A stretch of DNA of 32,000 nucleotides. Origin: Vulcanisaeta distributa DSM 14429. Lineage in GTDB: Archaea > Thermoproteota > Thermoprotei > Thermoproteales > Thermocladiaceae. Below the pieces are notes generated by a model, which was given only the letters and a program-made list of their open reading frames with translations, did no database searches and was not told the DNA's origin. This document shows, in pieces, positions 25,494 to 32,000 of this stretch; position 1 is the stretch's first letter; each line of letters begins with the position of its first letter. Location: contig NC_014537.1 in the NCBI RefSeq assembly GCF_000148385.1, positions 2,340,001 to 2,372,000 on the forward strand, written 5' to 3'. A program made the translations under genes and the position numbers.

Positions 25494-26045
25494 GTGGGGT
25501 TTAATGTGGATTTCAATTTAGTCGTGTCCACAGGAAGGAGGTTAGAAGGTAGGTGCGCCGATGAGCTTAAATACATAGGCGACCTGGTCGGTATGAGGAT
25601 TGCCCAGACATCATTCACTGGATTTGACGGGTTAATAACGGGTTACGTTGACGGAGACCCTGTGGAATTCACTAGGAGGTTGAGGGAGCTCGTTAGTAGT
25701 GGCCGTTATGTACCTCGCTTCGTACTTAAGGTCGTGCCTATAATGAGGACTGTGAAGACTGACATTGAGGAGATTAGTAAGGCTGCGGTTGAGTTGGCGA
25801 GTAGGTATTTGGGCCCTAACGAGACCTATAAGGTTGAGGTTAGGAAGAGGGGTGTTGACCTGGATAGGAGGGATGTGATTGATTCAATAGCGTCTAGGAT
25901 AAGTAATAAGGTTAAGCTTGAGAATCCGGATAAGGTTATTCAAGTGGAGATATTCCCATCGAGGACTGGGGTAAGTATTATTAGGGAGGATGATGTTTTC
26001 TCGCTCATGAAGATCAATGTAAATACTCAACAAGGTAATGCGTAA
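25494..26045 (+). CDS. THUMP-domain RNA-binding protein
   Basis: 183 aa. Ferredoxin-like N-terminal half followed by ...ETYKVEVRKRGVDLDRRDVIDSIASRI...VIQVEIF, which resembles the THUMP layout. GTG start. Confidence 0.55.
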   Translation: MGFNVDFNLVVSTGRRLEGRCADELKYIGDLVGMRIAQTSFTGFDGLITGYVDGDPVEFTRRLRELVSSGRYVPRFVLKVVPIMRTVKTDIEEISKAAVELASRYLGPNETYKVEVRKRGVDLDRRDVIDSIASRISNKVKLENPDKVIQVEIFPSRTGVSIIREDDVFSLMKINVNTQQGNA

Positions 26046-26098
26046 TTCATTAATCAATTAACCATAATCCTTTAATTACTCCACGGTACCTCAAGTTG

Positions 26099-26926
26099 AT
26101 GGAGGTAACAGTCATTGGAACTGGCAGGATGGGTAGTGCATTAGTTAGGAGGTTGGCTAGTCAGGGCTTTGATGTTTATGCCTGGAATAGAACTAGGGAT
26201 AAGTTAAAGAACTTACCTGCCAAGGCAATTGACGACATTTCACAGGCTAGGGGAGTTACCTTTATATTCGTCTCTGATGATGAGGCGTTGAACGCCGTTA
26301 AGGGCGTTGGCGGTGATGTGATTGTGCTATCAGGTACCTACAGTGTTGGTGCCGTTACCGCATTTAACATTAGGTTCACGAGTATGGGCAAGGGATTACT
26401 CGCAGCGCCTGTGGTTGGTGGTCCAGGGGATGTTGAGAATGGCACTGCGATATACCTAGTCGGTGGGCCCGAAGCCACGTACCAAAGGGTTAGGGAGGTA
26501 TTTGATAAGTTGGGTACCGTGATTAGGTTGCCAACGGTTGAGTCGGCGATGGCGCTCAAACTAGCCTATAACGCGTTCCTAATAGGCACGATGGCGCTAC
26601 TCGGTGAGTACGTAGTGCTTGGCAGGACGTACGGCGTCGATGATGATACACTAAAGGCGCTGTTAACTAAGACCGTGTTTAGGGACGTGGCTGAGAAATA
26701 CCTCGATAGAATGCTCAGGCCTAAATCACCGCCGTCATTCACGCTGGCCCTGGCCGCTAAGGACGTGCATTACGCCGTTAAGTCTGCGGGTGATGCTAAG
26801 ACACCATTGGTTATTTCCTCAGCCGTTAAGTCACTGTATGAGTTGCTGGCTACCCTTGGCTTTGGTAATGAGGATTACGTTAGGGCTGGGCTACTCGAGC
26901 TTATTGGCGGTTTAAGGGAAAAATAA
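26099..26926 (+). CDS. NAD(P)-dependent beta-hydroxyacid dehydrogenase (3-hydroxyisobutyrate / 6-phosphogluconate dehydrogenase-like)
   Basis: VTVIGTGRMGSALVRRLASQGFDVYAWNRT Rossmann motif, then ALKLAYN and AAKDVHYAV blocks of the HIBADH family. Confidence 0.8.
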   Translation: MEVTVIGTGRMGSALVRRLASQGFDVYAWNRTRDKLKNLPAKAIDDISQARGVTFIFVSDDEALNAVKGVGGDVIVLSGTYSVGAVTAFNIRFTSMGKGLLAAPVVGGPGDVENGTAIYLVGGPEATYQRVREVFDKLGTVIRLPTVESAMALKLAYNAFLIGTMALLGEYVVLGRTYGVDDDTLKALLTKTVFRDVAEKYLDRMLRPKSPPSFTLALAAKDVHYAVKSAGDAKTPLVISSAVKSLYELLATLGFGNEDYVRAGLLELIGGLREK

Positions 26927-26929
26927 TGC

Positions 26930-26937
26930 TTATTAAG
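26930..26937 (+). promoter_or_regulatory. TATA-like box (ttattaag) for the L31e gene
   Basis: Lies within aatgcTTATTAAGtcc, centred 26 nt upstream of ATG 26959. Confidence 0.4.
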
Positions 26938-26958
26938 TCCACAGTTTAATCGTGCGTG

Positions 26959-27267
26959 ATGAGCGAGAGCGCCAAGGTTGAGGTTGAGAGGGTTTACGTA
27001 ATTAACCTTAGGAGGACTAGGGAGGTTTCAAGGACAAAGAGGTCTCCATACGCCGTAAGGTTGATTAGGAAGTTCGTTGCTAGGCACATGAAGGTTGACC
27101 CCGAGAAGGTTAAGATTGATAATAGTGTTAATGAGTATGTTTGGTCTAGGGGTATTGAGAAGCCTCCGAGGAGGATTGAGGTGAAGGTAACTAAGTATAG
27201 TGATGGTACCGTTAAAGTCACGTTAAACGTACCGGAGAAAGCCGAGGAGAAGGCTGAGTCGAAGTAA
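26959..27267 (+). CDS. rpl31e: 50S ribosomal protein L31e
   Basis: [10 protein letters not shown]...[18 protein letters not shown]...[27 protein letters not shown] is the L31e signature. Confidence 0.9.
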   Translation: MSESAKVEVERVYVINLRRTREVSRTKRSPYAVRLIRKFVARHMKVDPEKVKIDNSVNEYVWSRGIEKPPRRIEVKVTKYSDGTVKVTLNVPEKAEEKAESK

Positions 27268-27333
27268 TTAACCTTAACTAGCGATTCCTGAATTAGCCGA
27301 TTCTTTTTAAAGGGCTTTTTATCCCTCATTAAC

Positions 27334-29982
27334 GTGGTCAGTAATAGGACGTTGCAGTTAATGTCTAGACTCTTCACAGCAGCGCTTTACCTGGCCATCT
27401 CCCTAATAGCATTTGTGATTGACTTCCCATTCTACCCAGTCCCAGTTGCGCTACTCATTATTGCGGTGACCACGGCACTGGCCTACTCAGGGCATGTTAA
27501 GCTTGGCTTTGCAATAATGACCATACTCCTAATACCCGCATTACTCTATGTTTATAAATACGCAGCCCTCGGCGTCCTACTCCTCATATTAATCCTCCTA
27601 ATTCTAATCAGGGTCTTTGATTGGCTGGGTGTTGGCGTTGGTATGCTTGCCTGGGAATTCTCGATAATGCCGAACCCACTCTACGTCCTATCAGTACCCT
27701 TAATACTAACATCACCAAGCCTCACGATTGGAGTTACGAAGAGGGTTACGCCACTTAAGTCATTGATAACGTTCTTAATACTGTACATACCAACGCTACT
27801 ACTGCTTAACGCTAATAATGCCGTTACTCCCTGGTTTGGCTATGTAAGCATGAGCCTATCGCCATTGCAGTCATTAACTGCAGGTTCGATAATGACTGCC
27901 CTGGGTAGTATGGATGTGGGGCTTTATGGTTTATCCCAGGCGATTAGTAGGGTCTTTACCTGGGCTAGCACCTATGTGTTACCGCCGATAATGGCGTTGG
28001 CTGCCTATATTGCATATGTCGTATCAAGTAAGTTGAGGTCGCATGACAATAAGGTGGTTAGATTCCTCGCGCCCGCCGTTGGTACGATGATAGCCTACGC
28101 ATTGATGACATACCTATTATTCTATATGAATCCATACTTTGGGCTTTATCAGGGTATTGACGTTAATACGCTAATGCAGGGGTTACTACCTGCCCTAGTT
28201 ATCAGCCTCGTCATACTACCATTAATAATGCACTTTAGGCTCGTTGAGATTAAGTTTGAGCAGGAGGAGAAGCAGTCAATGATCGCCCTTGAGCGTGGTT
28301 ACCAATTAATCCTCAATAAGGATGAACTGAAGTCACTTGCCAATGAGTGGGACAGCGTGATTGGGCTCGATGATATTAAGAATGAGATAGAGACCTCGGT
28401 CATAACGCCACTTAAGGATGTTAAACTATCCCAGAAGTACGGACTAATGCCGATACATGGAGTCCTTCTATTCGGCCCTCCAGGTGTTGGTAAGACTATG
28501 CTCGCGAGGGCCATAGCGGGCAGGTTAGGTTGGACGACAATAATAATGAACCTTGGTGAATTGCTCAGTAAGTACTATGGCGAGAGCGAGAACAGGCTGA
28601 CCGAGCTCTTCAAGGTCGCTAGGAACTATGCGCCATCAGTAATAATAATTGATGAGTTTGATGCCATTGGTAAGGCTAGGACTAGGTACGTGAGTGATGA
28701 CGTCACACCTAGGCTACTGAATATCTTGCTCAGTGAGATGGATGGAATAACCAAGAGTAACGAGAATATCCTAGTGATTGGGACAACCAATCAGCCCGAC
28801 CTTTTAGACCCGGCATTGCTTAGGCCTGGTAGGTTTGACAAGGTCATCTACGTGCCACCGCCCAATGAGGAGACCAGGGCTAGGATGTTTGAGGCAATGC
28901 TTAAGGATAAGCCCATTCAGGGGCCAATTGATTATGCGAAGCTTGCTAAGATGACCGATAGGTTCACGGGCGCGGATATAATGAATGTGGTTAGGACGGC
29001 CGTGCTTGAGTCATTGAAGGAGGGTAAGCCCATAACCCAGGGAAAGCTTGAGGAGATAATCAATAGGTATAAGCCGAGCCTCACCTATGACCTGCTTGAG
29101 AAGTATGAGGCCTTTAGGCTTCAGTACAGTAGGTTGAGGACTTATGGTAAGGCCCAGGTTGGTATTCCAGAGGTTACTTGGAATGATGTTGGTGATCTTG
29201 AGGAGGTTAAGGAGGTCATTAATAAGTACGTGGTTGCCACAATGCAGAGGAGGGATATACTCGAGAAGTTGGGTATTGAGCCTATACACGGAATACTCCT
29301 CTTTGGCCCTCCGGGTGTTGGTAAGACCCTAGTTGCGAAGGCGACGGCTAATATGCTTAAGGCAAACTTCATAGAGCTTAATGGCGCCGAGCTAGCTAGG
29401 GTAGGCCCTGAGAGGGCTGCTGCCGTTGTTAAGGACGTATTTAATATGGCCCGTGACAACGCCCCAGCCATAATATTCATTGACGAAATAGACTCGGTGG
29501 CACCACCTAGAGATTCACCAACAGGCAGTGTTTGGTCTAACGTCATTGCCCAACTACTGACTGAGATGGATGGCCTGAGGGGTTTAAATAACGTCATTGT
29601 TATAGCAGCTACGAATAGGCCCTGGTTCATTGACCCAGCGCTGCTTAGGCCTGGTAGGTTTGACAAGGTAATTTATATACCACCACCGAATAGGGATGCC
29701 AGGCGTGAGATAATTAAAATACACATTAGAAATGCCGAGGTTGAGGAGGGCGTGATTGACTGGGTCGCCGAAGTTACTGAGGGCTATAGTGGTGCTGATC
29801 TGGCTGCCTTAGTTAGGGAGGCCAAGATGAGGGCTTTGGACAGGGTGTTGAGTGGTGATAATAAGGTTAGGATAACTAGGGAGGATTTCGAGTACGCACT
29901 TAGTAAGGTTCGTCCATCACTGAGTAGGGAGTTGCTTAGTCAGTATGAGGACTTTGTGAGGAGGGTTAACCTGATGGTTTAA
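27334..29982 (+). CDS. Membrane-anchored tandem AAA+ ATPase (Cdc48/VCP-like D1+D2 with an N-terminal polytopic membrane domain)
   Basis: Residues ~1-300 are almost entirely hydrophobic segments (about 8-9 TM). Two complete AAA modules follow: GVLLFGPPGVGKTMLARA / IIIIDEFDAIG / TNQPDLLDPALLRPGRFD and GILLFGPPGVGKTLVAKA / IIFIDEIDSVA / TNRPWFIDPALLRPGRFD. GTG 27334 lies 26 nt from the tttttaaag box. Confidence 0.85.
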   Translation: MVSNRTLQLMSRLFTAALYLAISLIAFVIDFPFYPVPVALLIIAVTTALAYSGHVKLGFAIMTILLIPALLYVYKYAALGVLLLILILLILIRVFDWLGVGVGMLAWEFSIMPNPLYVLSVPLILTSPSLTIGVTKRVTPLKSLITFLILYIPTLLLLNANNAVTPWFGYVSMSLSPLQSLTAGSIMTALGSMDVGLYGLSQAISRVFTWASTYVLPPIMALAAYIAYVVSSKLRSHDNKVVRFLAPAVGTMIAYALMTYLLFYMNPYFGLYQGIDVNTLMQGLLPALVISLVILPLIMHFRLVEIKFEQEEKQSMIALERGYQLILNKDELKSLANEWDSVIGLDDIKNEIETSVITPLKDVKLSQKYGLMPIHGVLLFGPPGVGKTMLARAIAGRLGWTTIIMNLGELLSKYYGESENRLTELFKVARNYAPSVIIIDEFDAIGKARTRYVSDDVTPRLLNILLSEMDGITKSNENILVIGTTNQPDLLDPALLRPGRFDKVIYVPPPNEETRARMFEAMLKDKPIQGPIDYAKLAKMTDRFTGADIMNVVRTAVLESLKEGKPITQGKLEEIINRYKPSLTYDLLEKYEAFRLQYSRLRTYGKAQVGIPEVTWNDVGDLEEVKEVINKYVVATMQRRDILEKLGIEPIHGILLFGPPGVGKTLVAKATANMLKANFIELNGAELARVGPERAAAVVKDVFNMARDNAPAIIFIDEIDSVAPPRDSPTGSVWSNVIAQLLTEMDGLRGLNNVIVIAATNRPWFIDPALLRPGRFDKVIYIPPPNRDARREIIKIHIRNAEVEEGVIDWVAEVTEGYSGADLAALVREAKMRALDRVLSGDNKVRITREDFEYALSKVRPSLSRELLSQYEDFVRRVNLMV

Positions 29983-30021
29983 TTGGTTTTATCTTCTAAG
30001 GAGATTATTGTGGGCTTAGTA

Positions 30022-30029
30022 ATTTAAAG
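30022..30029 (+). promoter_or_regulatory. TATA-like box (atttaaag) for the Cas4-like gene pair
   Basis: Centred 26 nt upstream of ATG 30051. Confidence 0.4.
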
Positions 30030-30050
30030 GCGCCTTTTCACAGTTTTGTC

Positions 30051-30881
30051 ATGAGTCAAAAACCTGAAGCATTGAAGAATGTAATCGAGGAAGTTACGAA
30101 ATTGGTAAAGGAGGGGTATTCCCTAACCGGCATTGTGAAGGAGGTTACTGAGGCGATTAATAAGGACGTTGGCTTGAGCAAGGTAATATTCAATGAGATA
30201 AAGGAGTCAATGGTTAAGATAAGCCCCGGCAACGTGCCTGTAGGCCTATTCACGCAATGCGCACTAATACCCAGTTATTACCTGACCGGTAAGACTCCAA
30301 GCATTGATTGGGGCGACGTGACAATGCACCTACTGGGTAAGATGATACACAGCCTAGCCATTGCCGAGATAAAGAACAGGCTTGGTAGCAAATGCATAGA
30401 GGGTGTTGAGGTCATGTATACGTACAATGCCTGGACAATGAGGGGTAAGCCGGACCTTGACTGTGGTAATTACTATCTTGAGTTTAAGACGATAATGGGT
30501 AGGGTTACGAAGGCCAGGTTATTCCACGACATGATACAGGCGGGTTTCTACTCGGCGGCGGGTAATAAAAATACATACATACTTTACCTAGTACTTAGCG
30601 ATGGTGTGTTGCGCAATATAGTGCCTATCGAGATCATACCGGAGGTTGGTTACCCAGTTATTTATGCCTTTAAGCTTTGGGTAAAGGCCGTGGAGGGTGG
30701 TGATATCGGGGCATTAACGGTTAAGACGACGTCATGCAAGGTGTGTAGATTTAGGAACATATGTATAATGAGAACTAGGAATCCGCATGAGGTGTTCCTA
30801 CCAGGTAAGGAATTGCTTGATAATTATCTCGACTACGTAAAGCACGAGGTTTCTAAGGCGGGGGTTAAGGTGGTTGGTTGA
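30051..30881 (+). CDS. Cas4-like PD-(D/E)XK nuclease with 4Fe-4S (iron-staple) cysteines (DUF83/RecB family)
   Basis: N-terminal Cys (FTQC, C70), GKPDLD (motif II Asp), LEFK (ExK), QAGFY (QxxxY) and C-terminal CKVCRFRNIC (Cx2Cx5C). All Cas4-family motifs are present in the canonical order. Confidence 0.7.
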   Translation: MSQKPEALKNVIEEVTKLVKEGYSLTGIVKEVTEAINKDVGLSKVIFNEIKESMVKISPGNVPVGLFTQCALIPSYYLTGKTPSIDWGDVTMHLLGKMIHSLAIAEIKNRLGSKCIEGVEVMYTYNAWTMRGKPDLDCGNYYLEFKTIMGRVTKARLFHDMIQAGFYSAAGNKNTYILYLVLSDGVLRNIVPIEIIPEVGYPVIYAFKLWVKAVEGGDIGALTVKTTSCKVCRFRNICIMRTRNPHEVFLPGKELLDNYLDYVKHEVSKAGVKVVG

Positions 30882-31807
30882 TGAGCCTCGAGGAAATAAC
30901 AGACCTGGCAAATTACCTACTGAATAGGTTGCAGCTTAGGGATACCCACTTCGTAACGTCGATAGCCAGGTGCTCATTGCTCTCGCTGAGGAGGGACGTT
31001 AGTATAATGGACGAGGCTTACAGTGAGTATTTGCCGAGGGTATTGACAGTATGTGCCACGGAGAAGCATGTAATTAGGGTTGAGGATGTGACTATCGAAT
31101 TACCAAGGCTCCTTAGGTGTGGTGATTCATTAGTATTGCCAAAGCTCATGCTCCTTAAGGACAACGTCAGGTCTCACATAGTTGAGGCATTGCTGGTGGC
31201 TGCGCTGCTTAATACCGAGATTCAATTGCACTATTTATCTAAGAACATAAGTGGTGATATTGAGGAGGGTTTATCAATAACTATAAAGCCCGAGTGGGGT
31301 AAGGAGTTGCTCAATGCTGTCATTAATTCATTAAGGAACAAGGAGGTTGGCGTTAAGACTATTAGTTGTGCCATATGCCCATTAAGGGATGTGTGTCCAT
31401 TCAGTAAATTGGGCGATAAGGTGGTACTACCTGATGAAACCGTGAAGATCGTCGATGAGCTTTACGGCCAGTTAATTACGGAACCAGTAATTATGCAGGA
31501 GGAACGTGGTGCGGGGACCTTGACGCCGCCAAGCACGTTGGATAGGGAGGGTATTAGGAATTACTTGAGGCAGGTGGCCAATTGGGCGCGTTCTCATGGT
31601 AGGACGTGGGTTAGCGTGGCTGTTGGTAAGTGCCCAGTGTGTGGTAGGGAGGGTACACTGGTGATTAGGATAACGAGTGGTGGTGAGAAGGTTGTCTATA
31701 GGCATGGTTCCTCAACCTGCACTGTGGGTACCATAGATGAGTCAGCGGATAAGATAGGCATTGATAGGTTTTTAGAGATTGAGGGCATTGGGTCAGGAAA
31801 TAAGTGA
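30878..31807 (+). CDS. Second, divergent Cas4-like protein (Fe-S cysteines kept, catalytic motifs not evident) fused to a C-terminal zinc-ribbon-like module
   Basis: Start overlaps the upstream stop (ATGA). Has C32 and CAICPLRDVC (Cx2Cx5C, 164-173), but I cannot see a clear ExK or QxxxY. The C-terminus has CPVC...HGSSTC. Confidence 0.45.
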   Translation: MMSLEEITDLANYLLNRLQLRDTHFVTSIARCSLLSLRRDVSIMDEAYSEYLPRVLTVCATEKHVIRVEDVTIELPRLLRCGDSLVLPKLMLLKDNVRSHIVEALLVAALLNTEIQLHYLSKNISGDIEEGLSITIKPEWGKELLNAVINSLRNKEVGVKTISCAICPLRDVCPFSKLGDKVVLPDETVKIVDELYGQLITEPVIMQEERGAGTLTPPSTLDREGIRNYLRQVANWARSHGRTWVSVAVGKCPVCGREGTLVIRITSGGEKVVYRHGSSTCTVGTIDESADKIGIDRFLEIEGIGSGNK

Positions 31808-31811
31808 TTGA

Positions 31812-32000
<189 letters not shown>

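Noticed and set aside
29011-29666. Minus-strand ORFs (92 and 174 aa) within the AAA+ gene
   Set aside because: They are shadows of the D2 AAA module, which has unambiguous Walker and SRH motifs on the plus strand.

Overview
The window reads as chromosomal DNA from a crenarchaeon, probably Thermoproteales-like. This is an inference from archaea-specific ribosomal proteins L14e, L31e and S11, RadA, archaeal-type riboflavin synthase and lumazine synthase, a tungsten AOR-family enzyme, and TATA-like boxes centred about 26 nt upstream of most start codons. That spacing implies largely leaderless mRNAs. About 40 tightly packed genes on both strands are mostly housekeeping or metabolic: CoA-transferase, thioesterase, enolase-superfamily dehydratase, DeoC, RadA, RibH, YjjX-type NTPase, a DHDPS-family aldolase, AOR, CBS protein, Ogt, NAPRTase, beta-hydroxyacid dehydrogenase, and one tRNA-Arg(GCG). 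The main finding is a PflX/COG1313-type radical-SAM gene on the minus strand that is cut into two fragments (10462-11330 and 8167-8610). The cut is a 1,856-bp insertion that looks more A+T-rich and is bounded by a 5-bp direct repeat (AGCCA) with no terminal inverted repeats. The insertion carries two overlapping ORFs of unrecognisable function, antisense to the host gene. They are linked by a canonical -1 slippery heptamer (G_GGA_AAA) placed exactly where the -1 frame opens, and are followed by a repeat- and hairpin-rich noncoding tail. I interpret it as an unclassified mobile or intervening element. Other items worth a second look: (1) a 520-bp unit in which a 133-aa ORF is bracketed by near-identical ~53-bp direct repeats, each holding a perfect 14-bp-stem hairpin; (2) a co-directional trio of unknown protein, SWIM zinc-finger protein and polytopic membrane protein next to the tRNA; (3) a tandem AAA+ (Cdc48-like) ATPase with a ~300-aa multi-pass membrane domain in place of the usual N-domain; (4) two translationally coupled Cas4-like iron-sulfur nucleases with no CRISPR array in the window; (5) a 25-codon hyper-acidic EEEW-repeat micro-ORF; (6) a candidate C/D-box sRNA; and (7) a diglycine-terminated MoaD/ThiS-like ubiquitin-fold protein. 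All functional calls rest on motif recognition by eye. No database search or numerical computation was run.
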